Shown here in pieces: positions 1 to 8,656 of a stretch of 24,299 nucleotides of DNA. The notes under the pieces were generated by a model. That model was not told where the DNA came from. It saw only the letters and a program-made list of their open reading frames with translations, and did no database searches. The stretch comes from Opitutales bacterium (GTDB lineage: Bacteria > Verrucomicrobiota > Verrucomicrobiia > Opitutales > JABSRG01), in NCBI GenBank assembly GCA_049599475.1, contig JBMYOQ010000063.1:1-24299 (forward strand), in the 5' to 3' direction. How positions within the stretch are numbered: position 1 is the stretch's first letter; the number at the start of each line of letters is the position of its first letter. Position numbers and translations under genes: made by a program.

Positions 1-52
1 ATGGTGCACTTTCACCCGCAAATTACTGGTGCATTTTAACCGCAAACCGACA
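1..52. mobile_element. Terminal inverted-repeat end of a probable IS21-family insertion sequence (body lies left of the window)
   Basis: Two tandem imperfect copies, TGGTGCACTTTCACCCGCAAA (2-22) and TGGTGCATTTTAACCGCAAA (27-46), followed by CCGACA ending in CA at 52. The reverse complement starts TGT and has reiterated ~20-bp sites, the layout of IS21-family ends. No transposase in the window. Confidence 0.65.
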
Positions 53-461
53 AAACGCTGCAGTATTTTGGGGACATCTGTATAATGCAAACCAGCATGA
101 AACTTACGCGCTTCGCCAAAAATTTGCGCCTTTGTCATGGGTTTTCTAAGGACGCGGATTACCGCGCCCATTCGTTTGGCTGATTGAATCCAATTCACAA
201 CCTCTCTTTTCGCTTCCATCGACAACAGTTGTTTCGCGACATTCATATAGCCACTTACCGAATCAGTGATGGACCAATGACTCCTAATGAGAGACAAACA
301 GATTCTCAGTCAAAAGGGAAAAACACATATAAAAACATTATGCGTATGTAAGGATAAATGACAGAAATCTCGAACACCCCGAAAAGAAAGTAGCCGAATA
401 CCTACAAAACACCCCGATTCAGCTAGGGGACAATTATCAAATTGTAGAAACGTCTAATTCT

Positions 462-821
462 TTGGACACATTCATTCACCAAAGAAGTGATATTCTCAGG
501 AAAAAGCTGAAAGTCTTAATCTCAGAAATAAATACTCGCGGGCAAATACATCAACAGAACACTGCAGATATTCGCGACGATGAATTGACCATCAGCAATC
601 TCATACTGGAGTTAGGTTCATCATATCCGGGTCTAAACGAGCAAATTCAAAAGCAAAGAGATACGCTTAACCTAAGGCTACTCGAACTCAGGAAAGAACG
701 TCGGTCCATTCAACATGAATGTTGGAGAGATCTAGAATCCGTCATCAACGATCACCTGTTACCGACGGTTGAAGGATTGGAGCAATCTAAGGCTAGGGCC
801 CAACTCCTAGGAGGGGAATAA
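462..821 (+). CDS. Hypothetical helical/coiled-coil protein (true start may lie further upstream)
   Basis: 119-aa ORF with heptad-like charged helices; stop lies 3 nt before the ATPase start. The frame is open back to 333. Confidence 0.7.
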   Translation: MDTFIHQRSDILRKKLKVLISEINTRGQIHQQNTADIRDDELTISNLILELGSSYPGLNEQIQKQRDTLNLRLLELRKERRSIQHECWRDLESVINDHLLPTVEGLEQSKARAQLLGGE

Positions 822-824
822 GAA

Positions 825-2174
825 TTGAGAGAAGCAGAACTTAGGGAACAATGCAGAAAGCTGCTCCCAATCATCGGCAAACGAGCAAACTCTCTATGGA
901 AGGCCTATATCACTTCTGACACTCCATCTGAGAAATTTCGCATGGAAAGCCTCATTCAAATGTTTGGGCTAAAGCACTTGGATCGAGATGTATCTCATCG
1001 TCAAATAACCCTTCCACCATCGCATTCTAAGCGTCATTCCCAGAGCGTGCATGCTGGAACCCTGCTTTACAGCGGAAAAGCCGTTTCTGACCTCTTTCTG
1101 AGCCCTGACAACTTCCGGAAGCACATTGGCATTTATGGTATAACAGGTTCAGGGAAAACAAACTGCGCGTATCATCTAATCCAGGGACTAGCCAAACGGA
1201 ATATCCCGGTCTTGATCATTGACTGGAAACGCTCTTACCGCACCCTGCAGTTCATTCCTGACAGCCCCCTTAAAGACATCAAAGTCTTCACTTTAGGGAG
1301 AAAAGGCTCTCATAGCCTGAGCTGGAATCCATTTCGCGGGCCTCCCGGTATCCATCCGCAGACATGGCTATCGGTTGTCGGGGAGGTTCTCGAAAAGTCA
1401 CACATAGCCGGTCAAGGCGTCTTTGATGTATTCATAGAGGTCTTCGATCAAATCTTTGATGAATACGGAGTATATGAGGGCGATGTGGCCAAGTATCCAA
1501 ACTTCTTCGATGCGATGGACCATATTCAGAAGTTTAAATCAGGAAAAGGTCGGCGTGGACTATGGCAAGATAGCTTCACTCGCATTTTCAGGAGCTTCAC
1601 GTTCGGCCCCGCAGCCGGAGCATTCAACGCAAGAAATCCGATTAAGCTGGAAGAACTTCTTTCTGAAAAGATCATCTTCGAATTAGATCAGGAATTGCCT
1701 AAAGCACTGCGAGCCTTTTTCTCGGAGCTTATCCTTAGATTCATTCACCTTGTAAGACTACATCAAGGCGAAACCGAACGCCTGCGACATGTAATCGTCC
1801 TTGAAGAAGTGCATAACCTATTCCCGAAGTCGAGTATCGAGAAACAAACCACAAATAGCTTAGAAATCCTTTTCAAGGAGGTGCGCGGATTCGGCCAAGG
1901 GTTAATCAATATCACACAAAACCCGAGCCTCATCCCTTTGTACATTATCGGAAATTCCAATACACAATTCTTCATGACCCTCTCGCATGAAGACGACATA
2001 ATGGCGGCGAAACGAGCCCTATTCCTGCAACCCGGCGAGGAGCCTTTTCTCGATAGGCTAGCCACAGGAGAAGGGCTCGTAAAAATCCATAGCGCGACCA
2101 GCGCCTGCCATATCCGTGTCCCTAAGGTTAACCTTGTCCAACGACGCCCTGATGCGGAGGAGAATTCAGATTGA
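825..2174 (+). CDS. HerA/FtsK/VirD4-superfamily P-loop ATPase (DUF87-like)
   Basis: Walker A GITGSGKT after HIGIY, IIDWK strand, Walker B VIVLEEVH, and KEVRGFGQGLINITQNPS (arginine-finger/sensor motif of the HerA/VirB4/VirD4 clade). Strong RBS AGGAGG upstream of the TTG start. Confidence 0.88.
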   Translation: MREAELREQCRKLLPIIGKRANSLWKAYITSDTPSEKFRMESLIQMFGLKHLDRDVSHRQITLPPSHSKRHSQSVHAGTLLYSGKAVSDLFLSPDNFRKHIGIYGITGSGKTNCAYHLIQGLAKRNIPVLIIDWKRSYRTLQFIPDSPLKDIKVFTLGRKGSHSLSWNPFRGPPGIHPQTWLSVVGEVLEKSHIAGQGVFDVFIEVFDQIFDEYGVYEGDVAKYPNFFDAMDHIQKFKSGKGRRGLWQDSFTRIFRSFTFGPAAGAFNARNPIKLEELLSEKIIFELDQELPKALRAFFSELILRFIHLVRLHQGETERLRHVIVLEEVHNLFPKSSIEKQTTNSLEILFKEVRGFGQGLINITQNPSLIPLYIIGNSNTQFFMTLSHEDDIMAAKRALFLQPGEEPFLDRLATGEGLVKIHSATSACHIRVPKVNLVQRRPDAEENSD

Positions 2175-2533
2175 TCAGGCGTAAATGGATTAGGTCAGGA
2201 AGCGAAGATTTCGACGCGCGGCAGGAAAGGCTTCTACAGTATGTACTTTCAAAAATTCAATATTATTACAAATACCTATACCAAACTAGAGCTTGTTATC
2301 AATATCCCTTAAATTTGTCGCGTTTGACGAAAATGTGTAATCGAAATGGCAAAGCGGTATTACTCGCAGTCAAGACTCTCGCACATACAACATCAGATTC
2401 CAAAAACATCCACCCAATAATATTCTACGATAGAGTCTGCTCGGAAAAGTTTCCGAGCAAGAGAACTTATAGGATTTTTCTGAGTCGCAAGTCAGATAAC
2501 TTAAACTCGTCAGAGCCATCAGGGCCTCATTAG
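2171..2533 (+). CDS. Small basic hypothetical protein, possibly winged-helix DNA-binding
   Basis: 4-nt TTGA overlap with the ATPase stop (translational coupling). K/R-rich, with LNLSRLTKMCNRNGKAVLLAVKTL resembling an HTH followed by beta strands. Confidence 0.55.
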   Translation: MIRRKWIRSGSEDFDARQERLLQYVLSKIQYYYKYLYQTRACYQYPLNLSRLTKMCNRNGKAVLLAVKTLAHTTSDSKNIHPIIFYDRVCSEKFPSKRTYRIFLSRKSDNLNSSEPSGPH

Positions 2534-2605
2534 AATAAAACTAGATCAATAATTACCCGAGATAGTCACGAGTTGATCTGACAGTTGCGTGAACCGTTAC
2601 CGTAT

Positions 2606-3112
2606 TTAATCCTTCGAAAATTCTATTTCCGAAATAACATCATTATCAGTACCATATCTCCTATCCGGGCCTGCTGACCTTATCTGAAGCACCATTGGTC
2701 CATTATCATCTTTGATATAACTTATTAAATACGGATTTTTCCAAGGGTCGTGCAAATTCCCCTCTACTGAATAATCCAATTTTTTTAACAATTTTTGACC
2801 TATTAACTGCTGAATTTTTCGCTGAGTAAGCTGAGTCTCTTCTCCATCAATTCGTTCCATCACTTCGGTTTGCGGTACGGATGATTGATTTATCGTTTCC
2901 AGCAAAGAATCCTGAAACGATTTAGCGGCGTAATGCCGTGCCTGGTCACTTATTCTGAAACCAACGAGAATTGCAATCGCTAGAAGAGTGAAAGTCGTCA
3001 AAATCACTATTATTTTGAACTTCAAAGGACAGGATATTGCGTTAAAGAAGAACGAAACAAACCTAGTCTTTAAATTCAGTAATCTTGAAGAAATAGCCAG
3101 CAGTGAATTCAA
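2606..3112 (-). CDS. Membrane-anchored protein with type II secretion pseudopilin GspG-like C-terminal domain
   Basis: Hydrophobic segment IIVILTTFTLLAIAILVGF; C-terminal DPWKNPY...IRSAGPDRRYGTDNDV matches the GspG motif DPWG.PY...S.GPDG..GT.DD. The start may be the TTG at 3025. Confidence 0.7.
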   Translation of the reverse strand: MNSLLAISSRLLNLKTRFVSFFFNAISCPLKFKIIVILTTFTLLAIAILVGFRISDQARHYAAKSFQDSLLETINQSSVPQTEVMERIDGEETQLTQRKIQQLIGQKLLKKLDYSVEGNLHDPWKNPYLISYIKDDNGPMVLQIRSAGPDRRYGTDNDVISEIEFSKD

Positions 3113-3419
3113 TCAAGACATTATTCGGGAAACCCTCAATGATTAAGATGTAACTTAGGTCTTCAACATACCTTTTGTAAATTTGGATATTAGTAACTAT
3201 CAACCAATCTTCGTCATATTTCCCGACGACTTTTATTTTTTCGATTCCTTCGACCCTAAACTTTCTTGGGTCCGAATTCTCTGAATCGGAATGGAATTCT
3301 AGCAAACAAGTTGTGTCCTCAGGCTTGAGTTTACTGTTAAGCCTTAGCTTTTGTTCATAAAGCTCTTCGTCTAGCAAGTTTACGGTATCAAGCAATTCTC
3401 GAAAATATGGATACTTCAT
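3063..3419 (-). CDS. Putative immunity protein for the Rhs C-terminal toxin
   Basis: 118 aa, acidic, AT-rich, no signal peptide; ATG sits 1 nt after the Rhs stop (TAA-A-ATG), the canonical toxin-immunity arrangement. Confidence 0.7.
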   Translation of the reverse strand: MKYPYFRELLDTVNLLDEELYEQKLRLNSKLKPEDTTCLLEFHSDSENSDPRKFRVEGIEKIKVVGKYDEDWLIVTNIQIYKRYVEDLSYILIIEGFPNNVLIEFTAGYFFKITEFKD

Positions 3420-3420
3420 T

Positions 3421-6400
3421 TTAAATCATGTTAGGTGGATTTCCGGCAGGCGGATCTACTGGTATAATAACTTCCCCATCACCTGTGGGGGGAGGTCTCA
3501 TGAGCTCTGCTGGAGGCATGATCATTATGGTATTAAATCTGTTTAGAATAGATTGAAGCTTTCTTATCGCCTCATTCATTTTTCCTTTATCAGACCTCGG
3601 GCATGGCTTCGCTTTGCCTCTAGGAGATCCATCTGGGTTGTAGCGTGTTTTGTTGCCATTTTTATCTATTCGATCAATGTGTGGATCTCTGGGAGATCCA
3701 TCTGGGTTTTGGCCATGCCCAAATGGGTCTGGACGATATGTATCTCTCGATCGACCAATGGGGTCTATGTAAGCAATAGGGTTATTACCGACATAGGCAT
3801 ATAAGTTTGAACCCTCGACGAGCAATTCTGGGCGAACTTTGCCGTCAAATGCATCACGACTTAACCATTTTCCTTGTCTTGCATCGTAAACACGGTTTTT
3901 CGCAAACGAATACGCACTCATTTGATGAAACCAATGTCCCGTGTAAAGGAAGTCACTTTCAACACCGATGCCACCGATCTTCTCGACGTCTCCCCATACA
4001 CTGTAATCGTATCGAGATTCCACAGTTGTTCCATCACTTGCCACGACTTCCCGTATGGACCCCAAATGATCTTTTGTGTAATAATAACGGCTTGATCCAT
4101 CTTTGAATCCGTTTTGGTAATAGCCGCGATCGATGGTTATTCCGTTTGAGGAGCGACTCTGTAAAATTCGGTCATTATCCCAAATAAAGAGCTGATTGCT
4201 CTGCTCTATGTTATTTTCATACTCTATAATCCGGATGCGACGATCAAAACCGTCGTAAAAAAACTCACTTTTCTTTGAGGCTTCAATTATGGTGATGAGG
4301 CGATTTTTCACATCCCATTGAAACTCTCTCAGAATAACTCCGCTTGCGTCTTTTTCGAACCGTAGATTCCCGTTTGAATCGTATTCGAACTGAATTTGGA
4401 CACCTGACGCAGTGATTGAATAGCTCTGGCTTGCGGTATTGTTGTTTCCGTCTGTCGCTTCAATTGTAATGGTATTGTTGCCCTCAGCTAGATTTACTAG
4501 TGCTTCAAACGTATAGGGTGCGCTGCCGCCATCAGACAATACCTTGGCTGCTTGACCGTTTACAGTCACAAGAGCTGGCTCATCTATGGTTCCACTGAAA
4601 ACCGTTTCACCAAAGCCTTGCTGAGTAGTCGTTTGATTAAGCGAATTAGCAGGGTAGTTCGTATTTCCACTAGCTGTTGTTACACTCGTGCGGTTTCCAG
4701 CCTTATCGTATCCGTAGGAATATTGTTCTATTGTTCCTTGGGTAATTGTATCAGTGCGAAGAGCAGTTTTTAACCTCGAAGCCTTGTCGTATCCAAAAGT
4801 CCATTTCTTGGCTGCCGCACTGTTTTGCGTGCTTGTCCAAGTTTCGACGTTCCGATCTTGCTCGTAAGAGTAGTCAAACTGCGAAATAACGCTTGGGATA
4901 GGTGCTCCGCTTAGGTGTTTGATCTGTTGAATTAAGTGATCTTCGCTTACGCTCGTGTAAATGTATTCTGTTTTCATCCCATTAGGGTAATCCATGTGAT
5001 CAATGCGATTAGACTGACCCACGTAAGAATAGTCAAATGTACCGAGATTATTGATTACATTTTCGACCCTGCTGCGTGAGTCGTAAATATATTCTACTGC
5101 ATGGCTTGATGTGCTGTAAGTGAGGTCATCGACGATTTCTCGTTTATTCAGCCGCCTCAATGCGTCGTAAGTGTATTTAAGAGTATCATCAGAGAATGGG
5201 CCGTCCACTCTTGCAATTAGGCCACCCCCATTTGTTACTCCGTCATCTGGGTGGTAAATGAAATCAGTTGTTCCGACTCCATCGCTCATCATTACAAGGC
5301 GATCATACCATTGACCATACTCGAAACTCTCATCTGGAGTGTTTGCTGCGGTGTAGTCGATCGACTCAAGATTGCCGTCAATAAAGTAGCTGTGTGTCGC
5401 GGTTTGATTAAGGGCATCTGTTGAAGCCTGAAGTTTTCCCGATTGGGGATAATACGTATAGTTTTCCTTAGAACCGTTATCGTAGCGTTTTTCGGTAACG
5501 CGGCCTTGGACATCTCGGACCCAGTGGGTAACGTTTCCTTCTCCATCTATTAGTTTTCGAATGTCACCGCAACGGCACCATTCATATTGAGTTAGTTGTC
5601 CGAGGGGATCGCGCTCCAAAATCGGTCTCATAAGAGCATCATGAAAGAAACGTGTCCAAAGCCCGTCCCGATCTCGTGAAGCAACAAGGCTATGGTTTTC
5701 GTAGTCGAACTGCTCATACGAACTGTCTGGATAGGTAATAACCGTAACACGGTCTAAGGCATCGTAATCGTATGTAAGGGTGTGTCCTTCTGAATTTGTG
5801 GCTGTGCGAATGCGGTCGAAGCTGTCGTACGTGTAAGTCATTTCCCCGCCGGGAACATCTCCTGTAATCGACAGCAGTTTGCCGTAACCATTGTTATTTA
5901 GATTTGTCTCATAGGTGAAGGTTATGACCTCACTCAGTTCGTTAGTTACTGTTTTAATCTGACCCTCTGCAGTATAGCTGAATGTAGTCGTGTTTCCTCC
6001 GCTATCTGTGAAGGTGCGAGGCAGATGGGCGGGGTCAGCTGCGTTGTAGGTGTAGCTAGCCAAGGTCGAGTAGGTAGGAAAGGCTTCAGTGCCTCCGGTG
6101 CGCTGCTTAATAAAAAGCACGTCGATATCATTCGCGGCGTATTCGATTACGGTTTCACGACCTTTTGGATCGATTTGCTTCGTTAAATTACCTAATCCGT
6201 TATATTCATATTGGATGGCTTGAGTAACCAAAGTTCCCGCTTCATCTTCGACTACACGGGCAACGACAGAGGGGCTGTTGATATACCCCTGAATGTAGGG
6301 CTGGGGCTGGCCCGGATAATTGTACCAAACACGACCTTCTAGTGGCGGTTTCTCGCTCTCTAGAATACTTGTTGCAGCATCTGCCGTGTCTGGCTGGACC

Positions 6401-8646
6401 CAGTGATATAGGTGAGCCTTTGAGTAATCTCCGGCTCCATACTTCATTTGCTGCTTATCCCAATAGAAGGAATTGCGGTCGTCATTATCGCTAGTGCGAT
6501 ATGAAACAATACTACTATCAGGCAATGGTTCGTCTGAATTGCTAATATTCCCGGGCAGCCCTGTTTCGGAGGAGCTTAAGTTGTATTCGATACGCTCTTT
6601 ATCGCCATATGCGTCTGTTGCCTCAATGAATCGAATTAGACTATAACTTCCTAAATCAAAATCGCTCAGCTCAAAGGTGGTCGTCCCGTATGGTGTGGTA
6701 AGCGTGTCAATATCACCACTAGCGTTGTAGTTAAAGCTCGATACAATTCCGTAAACATCTTCGATGTCTGTAAGGCGAACAGCTCCGCTCACATCGTTAT
6801 AGGTGAAGATCGCGGAACGCCCGTAAGGATCTTCTACTTCCGTTACCAGATAGGGTTCACCGGAATATGTGTAGAAAAATTCAGTCGAAAGACCTGTTGC
6901 GTCATGAATGTATTTTAAGCGTGTGGCGTAAGTCGTATCATATTGCAGCGTTACGGTGTTCCCTTGTGGATCAACGATCTTACTTAAGAACACTTTCCGT
7001 TGTGTTCCAGCAGTCCCAATATAGTGCTCATAGTAGTGCTCGCTGTTGTCAGGATAGACTTTTTTATAGGTGTTTGTCGTTAGTTTGACCAGCACTGAAG
7101 AAGTCTGGACATCACGCCCATAAGTCTGCGTGAGATTGTCAAAGTCGGTGTGGATTTCACTGCCTCCTCCACGGAGATATAGAGTAATATTCGAGCCGGG
7201 ACTGCTTGGATTGTCTTCTAAATAAGACACCCAGTTTGAAACCCACTGTGGGCTAAAGCTGGTATAGGCAATTGAGCTCGGCTGCCCAAATTCCCGCTGA
7301 TTGTAATTAACGCGAAGGCGAACATCTGGCCCATATGCTGCGGGATAGCCTACAGGGGTGTCTTCGATGCTGAGGCTGGCAAGAAGTGTGTGAAAGCTAT
7401 AAGTAGCCATCGCAAGACCACTGCAACTATCGCCGCAATCTCCACCATTTTTCTGGTCGCAGTGCGCTGTTTCTTCTTCGCCACCGTTACCAGAATGTCC
7501 CTTACCGAAAATAACAGACGCTTCAGCCGCTATTGGCTCATCCCAACCATTTGGTAATTTGTTAGACGGAATAATAAAGAAACCACTGGCTTCAGCATCA
7601 ATAGCGGCGGGACTCATCCATGTCTCGTTTCCGAACGTTGGGTCTTTAAGCAGATATTTGCCATTTAACTCACGGGTTAAGGCACCATAGTGTCCTACTT
7701 TCCAATGAACGACGGAGGGAATCACTATTTTTGAACCAAGGCTCCGTTTGGCCATTTGCATGTCTAGCCCGAGCTGAGTTGACATCGCTTGAACCTGATC
7801 CAGAGAAAACCCCGTATCTGGAGAAACCACATTTTCTAGGAAAACTGCACAAGCGGCTTCGCTTCCGGGTAGCAATTCCGCCGCAACATTAGTTAAGGCA
7901 TATGGTCCGCAGCGGTAAGCGATACCGCCTTTGTTTTGCATTGACCAATAACCTTCTCGCGCGCTGTCCACTAGGATACGGGCTGTTCCTTGAAATGACC
8001 TGCCCTCGATTTTCTCAAAAACAGAAGCTAATTCATCCTTTCGGCCAATCCGTGCACACATCTTGGCATATTCAGCGATGGAGCGGTTCGCTATAGACAC
8101 CGAGTGTCTATCTGTGCCGTCTTTGGCTCCTTCCCATGCAGCCATCCAAAAACTAAGAGCTTTTGAGAAATAGCCCGTATCATATGAAATGAGACCAAGA
8201 TTAAGTTGAAGGCCAGGAGTCCAGATGGACTGTGGATACGTTTCAATAAAAGATTCAAGGGGAGCAATCGCTTCGGCATCACCGATTTCCATGTAAGTTT
8301 TAAGCGCTGCTACGATGGCTGATCTTTCTTCAAGGCTGGCACTGCCCTGAGCAGTTAGCAAGGGTTCGGGTAAACTATCTAAGTGCGTTAATTCACTATT
8401 GCTGAGATTGTCACTGAGGACACGGTTAGCCTGTCCGTAAGAGGGCGGCGATATCATTCGCCTCTTTTTGCTTTGAGCAACGTCGCTCATCTTTTTCTCT
8501 GGAGCAGACCAAGCTTTGGATAACTCTTGTTTAATTTTGGCAATTTCTTGCTCTTGCGAACGTGCTTCAGCGAAAACATTTATAGATGCGGAGGCCGCAC
8601 CCATTGCTAAGCCCCACAGAATGGCTTTTTTTATTTTGGTTTGCAT
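3421..8646 (-). CDS. Rhs/YD-repeat polymorphic toxin with signal peptide, TPR-like helices, C39-like cysteine peptidase, internal Ig-like insert and ~110-aa C-terminal toxin domain
   Basis: Sec-type N-terminus; CGPYAL (C246), GHY (H319), DP (D335); many YD repeats (YDSFDR, YDALDR, YDKAGNR); Rhs core DHLGSIR...YTG...NRVYD...GKWLSRD...NLYAYVGNNPIAYIDPIG ending at aa 1631. Confidence 0.95.
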   Translation of the reverse strand: MQTKIKKAILWGLAMGAASASINVFAEARSQEQEIAKIKQELSKAWSAPEKKMSDVAQSKKRRMISPPSYGQANRVLSDNLSNSELTHLDSLPEPLLTAQGSASLEERSAIVAALKTYMEIGDAEAIAPLESFIETYPQSIWTPGLQLNLGLISYDTGYFSKALSFWMAAWEGAKDGTDRHSVSIANRSIAEYAKMCARIGRKDELASVFEKIEGRSFQGTARILVDSAREGYWSMQNKGGIAYRCGPYALTNVAAELLPGSEAACAVFLENVVSPDTGFSLDQVQAMSTQLGLDMQMAKRSLGSKIVIPSVVHWKVGHYGALTRELNGKYLLKDPTFGNETWMSPAAIDAEASGFFIIPSNKLPNGWDEPIAAEASVIFGKGHSGNGGEEETAHCDQKNGGDCGDSCSGLAMATYSFHTLLASLSIEDTPVGYPAAYGPDVRLRVNYNQREFGQPSSIAYTSFSPQWVSNWVSYLEDNPSSPGSNITLYLRGGGSEIHTDFDNLTQTYGRDVQTSSVLVKLTTNTYKKVYPDNSEHYYEHYIGTAGTQRKVFLSKIVDPQGNTVTLQYDTTYATRLKYIHDATGLSTEFFYTYSGEPYLVTEVEDPYGRSAIFTYNDVSGAVRLTDIEDVYGIVSSFNYNASGDIDTLTTPYGTTTFELSDFDLGSYSLIRFIEATDAYGDKERIEYNLSSSETGLPGNISNSDEPLPDSSIVSYRTSDNDDRNSFYWDKQQMKYGAGDYSKAHLYHWVQPDTADAATSILESEKPPLEGRVWYNYPGQPQPYIQGYINSPSVVARVVEDEAGTLVTQAIQYEYNGLGNLTKQIDPKGRETVIEYAANDIDVLFIKQRTGGTEAFPTYSTLASYTYNAADPAHLPRTFTDSGGNTTTFSYTAEGQIKTVTNELSEVITFTYETNLNNNGYGKLLSITGDVPGGEMTYTYDSFDRIRTATNSEGHTLTYDYDALDRVTVITYPDSSYEQFDYENHSLVASRDRDGLWTRFFHDALMRPILERDPLGQLTQYEWCRCGDIRKLIDGEGNVTHWVRDVQGRVTEKRYDNGSKENYTYYPQSGKLQASTDALNQTATHSYFIDGNLESIDYTAANTPDESFEYGQWYDRLVMMSDGVGTTDFIYHPDDGVTNGGGLIARVDGPFSDDTLKYTYDALRRLNKREIVDDLTYSTSSHAVEYIYDSRSRVENVINNLGTFDYSYVGQSNRIDHMDYPNGMKTEYIYTSVSEDHLIQQIKHLSGAPIPSVISQFDYSYEQDRNVETWTSTQNSAAAKKWTFGYDKASRLKTALRTDTITQGTIEQYSYGYDKAGNRTSVTTASGNTNYPANSLNQTTTQQGFGETVFSGTIDEPALVTVNGQAAKVLSDGGSAPYTFEALVNLAEGNNTITIEATDGNNNTASQSYSITASGVQIQFEYDSNGNLRFEKDASGVILREFQWDVKNRLITIIEASKKSEFFYDGFDRRIRIIEYENNIEQSNQLFIWDNDRILQSRSSNGITIDRGYYQNGFKDGSSRYYYTKDHLGSIREVVASDGTTVESRYDYSVWGDVEKIGGIGVESDFLYTGHWFHQMSAYSFAKNRVYDARQGKWLSRDAFDGKVRPELLVEGSNLYAYVGNNPIAYIDPIGRSRDTYRPDPFGHGQNPDGSPRDPHIDRIDKNGNKTRYNPDGSPRGKAKPCPRSDKGKMNEAIRKLQSILNRFNTIMIMPPAELMRPPPTGDGEVIIPVDPPAGNPPNMI
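3623..3708. repeat. 17-bp direct repeat GGAGATCCATCTGGGTT inside the Rhs C-terminal domain (NPDGSP twice)
   Basis: Exact copies at 3623-3639 and 3692-3708. Confidence 0.85.
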
Positions 8647-8656
8647 ACGTATCGAA

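Noticed and set aside
2606..3080. Immunity and GspG-like proteins end similarly (EFKD / EFSKD)
   Set aside because: Too short to distinguish from chance; no further similarity.
3553..8282. Many short ORFs antisense to or out of frame within the Rhs gene
   Set aside because: They are shadows of a long, motif-rich CDS and have no recognisable motifs.
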